A DNA stretch of 64,000 nucleotides from Octopus vulgaris (lineage: Eukaryota), in NCBI GenBank assembly GCA_951406725.2, contig OX597835.1:29822001-29886000 (forward strand). Direction: 5' to 3'. A program made the translations under genes and the position numbers. Shown piece by piece: positions 26,411 through 41,086 of the stretch. The first letter of the stretch is position 1; each line of letters begins with the position of its first letter. The notes beneath the pieces were generated by a model. The model did no database searches and was not told the origin of the DNA. It saw only the letters and a list, made by a program, of their open reading frames with translations.

Positions 26411-27380
26411 ATGCGAAACAGCAAGGTTCATATCTATGAGCGCCAACAAAACCAGGTCCCCTATGACTTGGTGAATGACTTACAGTAACAAGCCTTTGTT
26501 TGTGTATGAGGTGTGTTTGTGTGTATATGCCTGTGTGCGCGCATGTGTGTATGTACATGGTGTGTTTATGGGTGTATGTATGTGTGAGTATGTGTGTAGG
26601 GGTGTGTTTGTTCGGTTGCTTTTGTGTAAGTACGTGGGGTGTTTTTGCATTTGCGTGTGAGTGTGTGCGTGAGTGAGTGTATGTATGAGTGAGTGTGTTT
26701 GTGAGTGCCATTTGTGTGTATATGTCTGTGTGTGCCTGCCTGTATGCGTAGATGAGTGCATGTGTGTATATGGCGTTCGTATATGGTGTATTTGTGTGTA
26801 TATGCGTGTGTTCAAGTATGCGTGTATGTGAGCATGTTTGCGTGCGTGCTTGTCTATCTCAATATGTAAGCCACTAAACGTTTTGATCATCGTTACAAAT
26901 ATCTTTCTTATTTTAGCTGAAGGATTTGATGAATCGCTAAATTATTACAGGAGATGTGTGGAGGGAGGGAGACTAACAATTTTAGTCACAACACTCTGCC
27001 ATTCCGTTTTATGCTGTCACCCGATAAATTAAGACATTGTTGCTTTCCTACCCAACGGTTAACCATCCAAAACACATTAAACAGAGTAAAGAAATCTTAA
27101 CTACTTCTTCTGGTTATGATGATGATGATAAGAACTTCTAGCTTGTCTCTTGAGGTCTTTGGGTGAGACTTGGTATCAACTTGTATAAAGGCAAAGCAAA
27201 AGCTAATAATAATAATAATAATAATCCTTTCTACTTAAGGCACAAGGCGAGGTGGTTATTTGGAGTCCGGTCGAATAGGAGGGGCCTGTAGCTAGCATGG
27301 GAACCGCGGACGTGAAACCTGTATATACGTATATACATACATACGTATATACATACATACATATATACATACATATATAC

Positions 27381-27432
<52 letters not shown>

Positions 27433-28157
27433 ATATATAACCACCCATTATGTGTGTATATATGCATATCTTTGCTTTTGACCCTCACCACAGCTTGACA
27501 AGTTTTGGTTTGTGACATCTTAGCATTAGTGGTTCGGCAAAGGAGACCGACAGAATATATACCAGCCTTAAAAAAAGAAAAATAAGTACTTGGTTCAATT
27601 TGTTTCGATTAAACCTTCCCCAGCAGTACCCCAGCATGGCCGCAGCCCAATAACTGAAACATGCAAAAGATAGAAGGTAAGAGATAAGAGATATTTTCTT
27701 CACCTTATTGGTTACTGTTGCCCTAATAGCTACATCATATCTTGAAAGATCGACGAGATGGTCTTGGTCGGAAGGTCTTTGATCATAGGTCTGCCGAAGC
27801 CGGAGTGACTTGCCTGGGGCTGAACAACTTTAACAACACACCCGTGTTAGTTACATGGACAAAGTATACACCGACAGCTACTTTTGATATATATATACAT
27901 AACTTATTCAAGATGGCCGTAATATGTGTTTAAAAAATACGCAAAATTTCTTCGAAAAAAAAGTAGATAAAAAACAGAAGAAAATGAAAAAATACAGAGC
28001 AACAACAAGGATTAAAATATTTGGAATCAAAGTGGAATCCTTGTCGTGCCAGTGACACGGGTTCGATTTCATGTATTTCCGGTTCTTAACGCAAACAAAC
28101 AAAAATATGTGTAAACAACCGGAAGTGATAAGGTTGTGAACCCTCTAATTATATATA

Positions 28158-28199
<42 letters not shown>

Positions 28200-28280
28200 A
28201 GTATATATATGTTTGTGTGTGTGCGCGAGTGTGTGATTATAGTCATGCATATGTACACATACACACGTGCGCACGCACAC

Positions 28281-28340
<60 letters not shown>

Positions 28341-28454
28341 ATATATATACATGTATATATGAATATATATAAGTATACATATGTATATATATGTGTGCAT
28401 GTAAATGCATGTATACACACAAACATAAATACACCCATATAAATATATATATAT

Positions 28455-28651
28455 TCTTCTTTTATTCTTTTATTTGTTTCACTCATTTGACTGCGACCAT
28501 GCTGGAGACCGCCTTTAGTCGAACTAATCGATCCCAGTCTTTATTTTTTGAAAGCCTAGTACTAATTCTATTGGTTTATCTTTTGCCGGACCGCTAAGTC
28601 ACAGACACATAAGCACACCAACATCCGTTGTCAAGCGATGGTAGATGACAA

Positions 28652-28682
<31 letters not shown>

Positions 28683-28822
28683 TAGATATATATATATACG
28701 GCGGGCTTCTTTCAGTTTCCGTCTACCAAATCCACTCACAGCCCAAGGTTTTACTTATCGGGACTGTACACGGAACCATGTGGTTGGCAAGTAAGCTACT
28801 TGCCACACAACCACTGCTGCCA
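28455..28822 (-). mobile_element. SINE family A, internally deleted head
   Basis: Reverse-complement match to the family A tail and part of the head. Confidence 0.75.
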
Positions 28823-28924
28823 TATACACATACATACATACATACATACATACATACATACATACATACATACATACATACACACACACATATATATGTA
28901 TGTACGTATGCATGCATCTATCTA

Positions 28925-28955
<31 letters not shown>

Positions 28956-29129
28956 TTATTTATCTATCTATCTATCTATTTATTTATCTATCTATCTGTC
29001 GATCTATCTGTCTGTCTATCTATTTACATTCTCTTTAATTCTTTTCTTTCATTACTTTCAGCAAGAAATCTACAGTCATGCTGGAGCACCACCGTTAGTT
29101 GTGCTATACTTTCACTACTTCAGACCTCC

Positions 29130-30225
29130 TTCGATATGTGTCATTTGACGAATGAGGCAGTTTGATGTTGCAAACCATACCCGCATTTGTTGCCGCGAGG
29201 CTAGTTCATCCGGAACCCTTAACAGGAGGTAAACCAGTCTTGTTTTGACGACACGTACCTCCACCCCTTATAGGTCCCTCAGGAATTTTGGCGAGGATAT
29301 TGAACACCTAAGGACCCTTGAAACCCAAGCTGTTTCAATATTTGGTCGTGAATCTTGATGATGACAATGGGATCTTTGGCACTATGCAGTGGCGTTTCGT
29401 TCTAGTGTTTGTCTAATTTTCTATACCAAATCTTTCATTCCAGGATTTTCCAAACCCTTATTACTGCAGATGTAAATCTCACCCGCTTTAGTTTTAAGGA
29501 ATATAGTCTCAACTTTTTCAACCCTTCCCAGAAGTTGTTCTATCTCACTGAGACGATATTCTTTATGTAGCCTTCTTGGATTGCTTCAAGTTCCACCGTT
29601 AATTCTAGACTGTGCGGTAATCATAGTTGGAAGCAATAGTAGAAAATGGAGATCTTTTCGGTTTGAACGGCAGTTTTTAGCATAATTTCTAGGTAACTAA
29701 AAAATTTTAAACTTCGTATACTGGTAGAATGTGTTTATAAAACATCTTTTTCTTTTGGCTTTATTGAGAAAATTCTATTGTTTGTAAGATATTTGTTGTT
29801 TTTTTCTTCAATTTCTGCAATTTCAACCAATCAGTGGCGTCTATTGACTTAAAAAGCATTCTGTGCCGTATGACTATGTCCCTCGTTTAAGAAACAGATT
29901 GGGTTTATTTACATTTGTAACTAACCCGAACCCTAACTAATCCTAAGCCTAACCCTAAAACAGATTGAAAGGCAATAGATCGATTCTAGGGTCATAATTA
30001 TGGGTGACAATTTCTATGACATCGCTAGAAAAAACTGCCGTTCAAACCGAAAAGATCCGAAAATGGCATCCAGAAGATCATCATGATTTATTGTTCTCTC
30101 GTTCTGGAAGTCAAAAGGATCCATCTGGTCAGCCGTTTGCATCTTATTGCTAACTTAATAACATATCTGAAATGATGCATCATTACTCATGTCAATGCTA
30201 AGGTCATGCACTAATTTGAATTTAG
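29130..30225 (-). pseudogene. CR1-like LINE 3' relic interrupted by a MITE
   Basis: Minus-strand fragments such as DLSIDMSNDASF and LKKLRLYSLKLKR resemble the CR1 RT C-terminus; many frameshifts. Confidence 0.55.
29650..30058. mobile_element. MITE with GGATC... TIRs, copy 2, 8-bp TSD
   Basis: Same TIRs as 14320-14756; GAAAATGG at 29642-29649 and 30059-30066; CCCTAA-like run at about 29920-29957. Confidence 0.9.
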
Positions 30226-30280
30226 TTCCTTGGCCAGTACATTCATATACCTTTTTTCAGAGGCTTTTCTTGTTACTGCT

Positions 30281-30369
<89 letters not shown>

Positions 30370-30596
30370 TGTATATATATATATTAACAATTTTTTGTGG
30401 TTGTGTATTTTTGTGTATGTATCTATTTAACTATGTATATATCTATGTATATGTATACACATAAATGCTTGTCGTTTAAAATCGTGAGACCGCAGAATAT
30501 GTTCCGTTTTGTGTTTCTTTCTCTCCTTATTGCTCTTTTACACCACACACACACACGCATACAAGTGCACACACACACACACGCACACACACACGC

Positions 30597-30685
<89 letters not shown>

Positions 30686-31192
30686 CACAGATATAATTAA
30701 TAGATAGTAGGTGTGTACAAAGTCACACGGAACAACACCCAAGTTTTCAGTCACATAAAGTTTCATGTTTCGGACTTATTCCAACCAAATTTCAGGATGC
30801 GTGAAGAGGGAGATAAACAAACAGAAGGGCGGGGTGGGGTGGTAGTGGTGGTCGTGGTGGTGGTGGGGGGGGGGGGGCTGCGCTGGTGGCGGTAATTATG
30901 ATTACTGTAGGGGACGGGAGTGGAATGTGAGGAGAGAACGAGAGAAAAGAAGAGGTCGAGAGATGAAGAGATAGACGATGAGGATAGATATACGGAGTAA
31001 AGGGGGGATGGAGAGAAAGGTGGATAGATAGATAGACATATAAACAGATTATACAAAGAGAGAGAGAAAGACAAAGAGAAGGAGAGAAAGAGATAGAGAT
31101 AGAGAGAAAACAGAGGGAGCATAAGAAAGAGAAAGAGAAAGAGAAAGAGAGGCAACCTACACTTCTAAAATAGAAAAAAACCCATTAAACAA

Positions 31193-31283
<91 letters not shown>

Positions 31284-31312
31284 TATTATACATACATACA
31301 TACATATATATG

Positions 31313-31343
<31 letters not shown>

Positions 31344-31668
31344 TGACGTATGTATATGTATATAAACGCATATAGTGAGATAGAGAGATGTCACAGAGAG
31401 ATAATGAGAGAGAGAGAGAGAGAGAGAGATGGGGAGGCAGGGAGTGATAATGAACGCGAGCTAATCTGCACCTCCAAAAGACATAAAAAAATGACAAACT
31501 ATTCCCCCCACTCCCGTCTTACCCTCCTAAAAACAACAACACACTCGGCCATTTTAAGAGGTTGAAGAAGACTTAAGTAAACTCTATGAAACTAAATAGA
31601 ACATCTAGCATAAATATAAATATAAACACAAATATGTGTGTGTGTTTGTATCCTCATATATATATATA

Positions 31669-31731
<63 letters not shown>

Positions 31732-33125
31732 CGCATATATATGTATGTATGTATCTATGTATGTTGTGTATGTATGAGTAAATAAAGGGAGACAATTATA
31801 ACACCATCAATGCGGAGAATGACAAGGAAAGCGGTCGCAACAGTAAAAGCAGTAACCATAACGGTAACAGCAACAACAACAACAACAACAGCTAAAGCTA
31901 CAATAATTACAACCACTGCCATAAAACCAAGAGAGGCCATCCCAACCACCACCACCATCACCACCTCCACCATCAACAACAACAACAGTAACAACAACAA
32001 CAACAACTACAACAAACAGGTTAATAATTCGAAGAAGAGGAAAAGCGTTGAAAAATTAGAATCGGAATGGGCTGAGATAGGGGGTGGGGCAGGAAGGGGG
32101 AAAAGGTGCAGGGGAAGAAGGACTGGAGAAAAGGAATGTCTTAAGGGGCGGAAAATGGGGACCAATTTTAGTGTCAGGTTAACAGCCAAGGCAGAGGTGG
32201 GGATGCACATTCTTCCCCCGTTTCATATCAAGCTACGGAACATAAGTGTTTGTAGTGGCCCGTGGAGGGAAAACGGTTAATTTAATTGATACTGTTTTAG
32301 TGAAACCTCTTTTTAAACGGGTGGAAGTGGAGAACAGGCGGGCAAGCGGGCGGGCTTTGGAGGAGAACGGGTGGCTAGTTCAAGGGTATGTGATGTGACA
32401 ATATTTCTATATGGCTATGGACGTGTGTGACTGTATGTAGTTGTGTGTATGTATGCGTGTATGTATGTGTGCGTGTATGCATGTGTGTGTGTTTGTGTGC
32501 GTGTGTCTGTCTGTTTATCTATCTATCTATCTATCTATATGCGTGTATATAGGTCTACCACTATTTTTGTATGGGTATGCATGTTACTACGTAATTATGT
32601 ATGTATGTATGTATGTATGTATGCATGTATGTATATATATACACACACACACACGCACATACTCTTATATATATATGCATGGATGTATGTGTCTGAGTAT
32701 GCCTATTTCATTGTATATGTATGCGATTATGTGCGTATGTATGAATGACTGTATGCATGATGTATATATGTATGTGTAAGCATGAATGTATGTATGTATA
32801 CACATATAGGCATACACATACATATCTACACATGTGTGTTTGTGTGTGTATGTATGTATATCTGTTTATATACATGAGTGTATATGTATATATACATGTG
32901 TATTTGTATGTATGCGTATATCTACGCATCCGTATATATTCGTGTATGAGAAAGGGACTTAGAAAGGGGCAAAAAAAAAGTGGCAACGGTTGACTGAAGT
33001 TTCCAACACCACGTGAGATACCATCGGGGCTAGCCCCTCCACGCCGCCTCAACAATACCACCACCGCTGCTCCCCCACCCAACTATAACAACAACAACAA
33101 CAACTACTACTACTACTACTACTAT

Positions 33126-33161
<36 letters not shown>

Positions 33162-33700
33162 CGAAGCTATCAGCAATGCCAAGACCATAACGAACACCGC
33201 ACTACCAACATATTCTGACTATCTTTCAACCACTACCGATACCACCACCACCACCACCATCGCCATCACCATCGCCACTGCAGCAACAGCAATAACAACA
33301 ACAAATTCAACAATAACAACAACAGCATCAACAACGGCAACAATAACAATTACAACATTCTGTAGTGAAATGTCAACAGAAAGGACCAGGTGCAGACATC
33401 ATAACTTAAAATATCTGAAGAAACAACAAACATTACCATCAGTTCCTCCCTCCCTCACCATCACCACCACCACCACCACCACCAACCACAACAACAACAA
33501 AAACAACAGTAACAGCATTAGCAATAACAACGTCTTTGGCAACAAGCGTCGACCTCCTCTGTACTGCCAGCACCACCACCAACACCACCACCACCACCAC
33601 CATCATCACCATCAGCCCCACCGCCGCCACCACCACCACCACCACCACCACCACGGCAAACGCTATCAACCTCACCACTCAATCACCACTAACATCACCA

Positions 33701-33975
33701 CACATGGCCTAGTGGTAAGAGCAGTGGGCTCGCGGTCGAGGGATCGCGGGTTCGAATCTCAGACCGAGCAATGTGTGTGTTTATGAGCGAAACACCTAAG
33801 CTCCACGCGCCTCCGGCAGAGGGTAATGGCAATCTTCTGCTGACTCTTTCGCCACAACCTTCTCTCACTCTTTCCTCCTGTATCTTGCAGGCGTCCCGTC
33901 CAGGTGGGGAACATATACGCCAAGGAAACCGGGAAACCGGCCCTTATGAGCCAGGCGTGACTCGAGAAGAAACAA
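33701..33975 (+). mobile_element. SINE family C
   Basis: Aligns to 6184-6478 with a short internal deletion. Confidence 0.85.
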
Positions 33976-34147
33976 ACAACATCACTACCACAACAACAAC
34001 GACGAACTACAACCCCATCAACCTCCCCACCACAATCAACATGAACCTCGCCGCCGCCATCACCACTACTACTATTACCACCACTGTCACCTTGACCTCT
34101 GTGACTACCATCACCACTAATACAACCACCAAAGCAAGCGTCTTTAA

Positions 34148-34460
<313 letters not shown>

Positions 34461-34532
34461 GCCTGTTGTTTATACACTTGTCTTCGTCTTCTGTTTTTCT
34501 ACAAAATTTCAACTAAATAGATAGTTAGATAG

Positions 34533-34587
<55 letters not shown>

Positions 34588-34602
34588 GAAACGGACAGAT
34601 AT

Positions 34603-34654
<52 letters not shown>

Positions 34655-35345
34655 GGATGTACCCAAAAGAAACCCGAAGTTTGCAATATTATTTTATTTA
34701 CTTAGTTTTACATGTTCACACATTTATCGTCTTCAAAGTATTCTCCATTTCATGCAATGCATCATTCCAAGCGCGTTTCCTACTATTCGAAGCAGCACTG
34801 GAACTCGTGCGAAATGATGCCTTTTAACGCCTCCGTCGCTTTTTTCTTCATCTCTTCCACATCTGCAAATTCCGTAGCACCAGCTTTCGTCCTCAGTGAT
34901 GACATTCGAATAAAGGTACGGATCAACTTTCAACTCTTCTTTCAGTCCACGACTCAAATTCAATCGTCACTGTTTTTGATCTTCCGTGAGCAAGCGAGGC
35001 ACAAATTTTGCTGCAACTCTTTTCCTTTGCAAACCCTCACTCAAACTTCGTTAGCTGGAACACCAGTCATATCAACAAGGGCGTCGATTTTTCAGCGACG
35101 GTCCTCCAAGATTAATTCATGAATTTTAGTGATGTTTTCCTTCGTTCAGGAGCTCGACGGTGGTCCTGAACGAGGTTGATCTTCAAGAGACAAGTGACCA
35201 TTCCTAAAGCTCGAAAAACCTCTCGTAAACTTGTCTTTTTCTCATGGCAGCGTCCTTGTAAGCTGTTTGAAGCATGACAACTGTTTCGGGCGCCGTTTTC
35301 CCCAGCAGTAAACGGAATTTCACGGAAACTCACTGTTCTTTCGTT
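34655..35345 (-). pseudogene. mariner transposase relic, internally deleted
   Basis: NVITEDESWCYG (first catalytic D motif) and a GEYFEDDK-like 3' end on the minus strand. Confidence 0.75.
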
Positions 35346-35452
35346 TCAACCATATATATTGACTTACAATCACATGGTTCCGGGTGCAGTGGGACTGAAC
35401 CCGGAACCGTGTAATTGGAGAGCAAGCTTCTTACCACACAGCCACTCTTGCG

Positions 35453-35545
<93 letters not shown>

Positions 35546-35547
35546 CG

Positions 35548-35728
35548 TTTTCTACACTAGGTACAAAGCCCGAAATTTTGCGGCAGAGGGTCAGTCGATT
35601 AGATGGATCCCCAGTACACAACTGTTACTTAATTTATCGAGCCTGAAATGATGAAAGGCAAAGTCGACCTCGGCGGGATTTGAACTCAGAACGTAAAGAC
35701 AGACGAAATATCGCTAAGCATTTCGCCT
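35548..35728 (-). mobile_element. SINE family B
   Basis: GATGAAAGGCAAAGTCGACCTCGGCGGGATTTGAACTCAGAACGTAA. Confidence 0.8.
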
Positions 35729-35855
35729 TATATGTATATATATATATATATATATTCTCTTTATCAAATCGTCCGTCAATCCGTTCATCCATCCAACCAT
35801 CCATCAACCCATCTGTCTGTCTGTCTGTGTGTCTGTCTGTGTGACTGTCTCTATC

Positions 35856-36062
<207 letters not shown>

Positions 36063-36633
36063 CTGAATCTCTCTCTTTCTCTCTCTCTAAATCAATCTAT
36101 CCAACTCTGTCTACCCAAGTATCTATCCATCACTCTCTCTCTCTCCCCTTCCCAGTTTTCAACACATATCACTCACTCCTCACCCTCCTCTCCCCCCATC
36201 ACCGTGACACATATACTCTCACGAATCCCCCTCCTCCCACCAAATAATTCCACGGTGCCATTGTCAAACTCGAAGACAAATTAATAAACTCTTCATATGG
36301 AATTTGTATATGTAGGAACGTGTTGGTAATAGTGTTGATGCTGATGGTAGTGGTATTGGTGGAGGTGTTGGTGTGAGCGGTGGTGTTGGGGGGGATGGTG
36401 GTGACAGTGGTGGTAGTGGCAGTGAAATAGTAATATTAATGATGGCGATGAAGACGGTTGAAGTACAATATGTAGTACTTGCAGTGACGGCGGTGGCGGC
36501 GGCAGCGGCGGCGGTGTGACGGCAATGATGGCAGATGTGGTGGCGGAGGTGGCGGTTGTGACGGCGGTGGCGGTGGTGGTGGTAGTGGTGCTGGTGGCGG
36601 CGGAGATGGTAGTGGTGGCGGTGGCGATGGTGG

Positions 36634-37284
36634 CACCATTTTTCGTTGCCAGCAACGATTCGGTAAAGAAATCGTTGCTTGTGTCCATGAGTTGAGCGGT
36701 GACGAGCAAGGAAACCAGCTGAGATTGTGATTCGTTGATTTTTGTTGTCACTTAAAGCATGCGAACCCATTCGCCGTACTTCTGAGCCTTTTCCATCGAG
36801 TGAAGATGCTTCTCTATAGCAGTGTGGGAGCACTCCATTTTCTCTGCCAGTTCCCTTGTCGTTTGACGAGAATTTTCGTGCAAAATTTGGTTTAATCGCT
36901 CTTCATCGAATTCAACTGGACAGCCAGAAAGAGGTGCGACTTTGAGGTCAAAATATCCTTTTTTGAACTTGGCATACCAATCACGAGTGGTTCTTTCAGC
37001 TATCGCACCCTCTCCATGCACAGCACGAATATCACGAGCAGATTTTGCGGCCTTAGAACCCTGGTTAAAACAAAAAGAAGGAGATGTCGAAAATGCTCGT
37101 TCTTGTTAACTTGACATTCCATTTTAATGATCTGAAAATAAACAAAAATTAACTAAAATTAACTAAAAAGAAAATTCCACAATGATTCAAAAATAGATTT
37201 CTCGAAAAAAATAGATTCCAAAATATAAAAACGCAATAAATTCCAAAACTTAAAATAACGGCGGGAACTTAGATGCCAAACCAA
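36634..37284 (-). pseudogene. mariner transposase N-terminal relic with left TIR
   Basis: HTH region ...RDWYAKFKKG..DL...SGCP...ENSRQTTRELAE...GEWV, then RFLYRIVAGNEKWC after a frameshift; terminus (TA)TTGGTTTGGCATCTAAGTTCCCG. Confidence 0.85.
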
Positions 37285-37510
37285 TATATGCGTGTTTGTG
37301 TATACATATGCTTGCATACACATACATAAATATATATATATATATATATATATGTAGCAAATAGAGTATACAGGTATGTTATTGCGTATATACTATATGC
37401 ACACACACACATATATATTTATGTACACACACATATATATTTATTTATATATATATATAAATATATATATATATGTATATATATATATATGTATATATAT
37501 ATATGTATCA

Positions 37511-37544
<34 letters not shown>

Positions 37545-38712
37545 ATGTGTGTGTGTGTGTGTATACGTATGCATGTATGTCTACCTGTCAGTGTACACTG
37601 AGATACATATGTACATACGCAATCTGAAACAGATAGTTAGAGCCAAGTGCACACGCACGTACATTCCTAACGCGCGCGCGCGCGCACACACACACACACA
37701 CATGACATAGACACACACACACGCATATATAATACAATTCTACCCAATATAGTTTGAACCATATCTACACATCTAACTGTCTGTTTGAATCTCGCTGAAC
37801 CGAAGAATATACATACGTACAAACATACATACATAAATGCATACATACATACATACATACATACATACATACATACATACATACATACACACACACAGTC
37901 ACATACACACATATGTATGTATATACACAAACGTACACTCACACTTAGAAATGTATGTATATATACTTATAAATTAAATATACGTAGAATTCAGAAAACA
38001 AAAGTAAACGATTAACTACAATAAAATAAAATAACATACAACCAGAAAAAAAAAAGAAAACGAAACCGTAAAGAAAGAAAAAAATGTAAAAAAAAATGGG
38101 TAAGAAGAAGAAAATAAAAAAAAAATGCACAGAAAACAAGATGGTGAAAGAGAAAATACAACGTAATCCAATATGGCTGTTTCCTTGCCAAAACGTCCGA
38201 TTTCTTCTTGTAATATCTGAGCGACTTTGCCACCCACTTAATGAAAAAATATCCGCTTGAAAATATGAAGCTTAAACGAAATAAATATTTGAATATTATC
38301 GTTTCTCACGCAAGCAACTGGCGTATCCAACACCATTAGCAGATATAATTTTACTACTATTGTAACGGCGCATCCTGCCCCTCCACCGCTCTCTTCCGTT
38401 TTGTGTACATAGCTACACCCCATTATTGCTAAACGTCAGCCACATCACCAGACCTCCATATCGTTATACCCTCTGACAAACCAGCCAGCCAGCTCATTCG
38501 CAAGGCTGTTTGCTGCATAACACCAGACGAAGTCGTCGACGACGACGAAGACTGCCACAGTTGTGTAATTGTGTATATGTGCGAACGTATGTTTGTTTGG
38601 TCGTTTGTTTATTTTGTGTGTGTGCGAGTGTGTGTGTATGTATGTGTGTACGTGTGTGTGTGTATGTATGTGTGTGTGTGTGAGTGCGTGGGTGTGTGTA
38701 TGTGCGTGTATA

Positions 38713-39500
38713 TAGGCGCAGGAGTGGCTGTGTGGTAAGTAGCTTGTTTACCAACCACATAGTTCCGGGTTCAGTCCCACTGCATGTCACCCTGGGCAAG
38801 TGTCTTCTACTACAGCCTCGGGCCTACCAAAGCCTTGTGAGTGGATTTGGTAGACAAAAACTGAAAGAAGCCTGTCGTATATACACTACCGTCAGAAATT
38901 AATTAGCACCCTTGATTTGCTCTTCACTCAAGGTATGTGCTGTCACCTAGTGGCCATATCTCGAACTATTGCTTTGTTGCGAGTTCACTGTTGCGCAAAA
39001 CGATGACGTAACTTTGTTTGCACAGCAGTTTGAGAGTCTACAGCCTTATGATGTTGACATAGCAGTGCAACAACTTGGAGTGCGGATGCAGACAAATCTT
39101 CCTTTGTTTAATAGATATAGGTAGCGCCTCGCAAGGACCGAAATCACACCATACTAAGTTTTCTCATCGCGTAAGACGTTTTGAACAGATCATAAGGTTA
39201 ATTGATTTAACCTATTTAATGTAGAAATTTGAGAAGTGCTAATTAATTTCTGACGCAAGTGTATATATATATGCGTGTGTGTTTGTGTGTCTGTGTTTGT
39301 CCCCCTAGCATAGCTTGACAACCGATGCCGGTGTGTTTATGTCCCCGTTACTTAGCGATTCGGCTAAAGAGACTGATAGAATAGGTACTGGGCTTACAAA
39401 AAAAATAAGTCCCGGGGTCGAGTGGCTCGATTAAAGGCGGTGCTCCAGCATGGCCGCAGTCAAATGACTGAAACAAGTAAAAGAGTAAAAAGAGAAAGAG
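38713..39500 (+). mobile_element. SINE family A interrupted by a Tc1-type MITE
   Basis: Head at 38713-38880, tail at 39265-39500. Confidence 0.85.
38884..39261. mobile_element. Tc1/mariner MITE
   Basis: TIRs CACTACCGTCAGAAATTAATTAGCAC and GTGCTAATTAATTTCTGACGCAAGTG; TA on both sides. Confidence 0.88.
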
Positions 39501-39659
39501 AGTATACACACATGTATACATATATACATATGTACATATATATATAGTCTGAGAAACATATACCAGTACTCAAGACCACGTCAAACAACAAAGACTAGAG
39601 AGTGGCCATCTCTGACACCTCTACACATATCAGACCAGTGGCTACTACAGACACCCGAT

Positions 39660-40355
39660 ACGTCACACCAATATTCTTGCTGAACATCAGGGACCTTATA
39701 ACGTCCCAACAATGCAAAACACAGTACCTGAGAGACTTAGTGACATGTAATCAGGCAATATGCATGTTACTAAAGGAAACACATTTGAACATGTGTATCT
39801 CGGACACGCATGGCAAAACATGTTGTGTCGAAATGACAGGAGAGAAAGAACTCGTCGTGGAGTAGCAATGAAGATCCAGGAATATGTCATACCTGTAGTC
39901 CTGCTGTCACACTCCAAATCAGTCTGTGACACTTTGGTGGTACACGTAAAAAAAATAATAAATGCGCCCTTTTAAAGCCTAGCCAGGCTCATGGGCCCGG
40001 TTTCCCGGTTTCCGTGGCGTATGTGTTCCCAAGCTGGATGGGATGCCAGTCCATCGCAGCGTTACTCATTTTTGCCAGTCAAGTGGACTGGAGCAACGTG
40101 AAAAGAAGTGTTTTGCTCAAGAACACAAAGCGTCGCCCGGTCCAGGAATCGAAACCACAATCTTACGATCATGATGCTGACATCCTAAGCACTATACCCC
40201 CACGGTGTACATATTAAACAAATGAAAATAGTAATATGTACTACATATCGCCCACTGTATACTCCAAATCATGGGGACTCGTTTTAAGAAATTGAAGAAG
40301 TATTAGCCAGCCTGAATGATAGCCTGCACATACTTCTTCTAGGGGACTATACAAC
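39660..40355 (+). pseudogene. LINE APE endonuclease relic, split by a SINE
   Basis: LLNIRDL...LKETHLN, RNDR...RGVAMKI, and ILLLGDY motifs across frameshifts. Confidence 0.7.
39962..40205 (-). mobile_element. tRNA-derived SINE with a CORE-like centre and a family C-like tail
   Basis: Minus strand has GTTTCGATTCC box and GTGTTCTTGAGCAAAACACTT; tail GAAACCGGGAAACCGGGCCCATGAGCC is shared with family C. Confidence 0.75.
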
Positions 40356-41030
40356 GATGCTCTCCTCTCCAGGAAACTTTACAATTAGTTGTGGTACATC
40401 CCCCAGTACAGAAGCGCGGTTTGTAGCCAGGTTGTTTCGGGTTCAGTCCCACAGCGTGGCATTTTGGACAAACGCCTTCTACAATAGCCCGAGGCCGACC
40501 AGTGCCTTATGAGTGAAGTTTGAATGCAGAAACTGTGAGGAAGCCCATTGCAAATCTATGTATATATACATACATGCATATATATATATATAGATACGGG
40601 CAGTTTTCTGCCAACCACTTGATAATATTTTCACATTTGACTCCCAATTCTAATAATTTCTATGATATTTTATGTCTAATTATTTCTTTGTATAATAGTG
40701 CTAACTTGCTTAGTAAATATTGCTTTCATTATTTTATCACCGTCATAATCTCTCCTTTTTAAACAAATATCAAGGTAGTCCAACCACGTTTAGTGAGCCA
40801 AAAATAGCAGCGATTACATTACATATATTTTAATACCTACAGCGCCTCAAAGAGCCATAGCAACAAATTCCAGTATGTATGAGAAACAAACTGAGGGCAT
40901 TTTATACAGTGAATTTAAGTCAACAAAATACCTGATTTCCTCATCCGAAATATCGAACTAAAACTTGAAATGAAAAAATTGCCATGAATATATATGAAGT
41001 AAATTGTTATTAATGAAAATAATTTGAGGA

Positions 41031-41086
<56 letters not shown>

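Noticed and set aside
33370-33786. His-rich ORF resembling a transcription factor exon
   Set aside because: CAC/AAC repeats running into a SINE; no conserved domain
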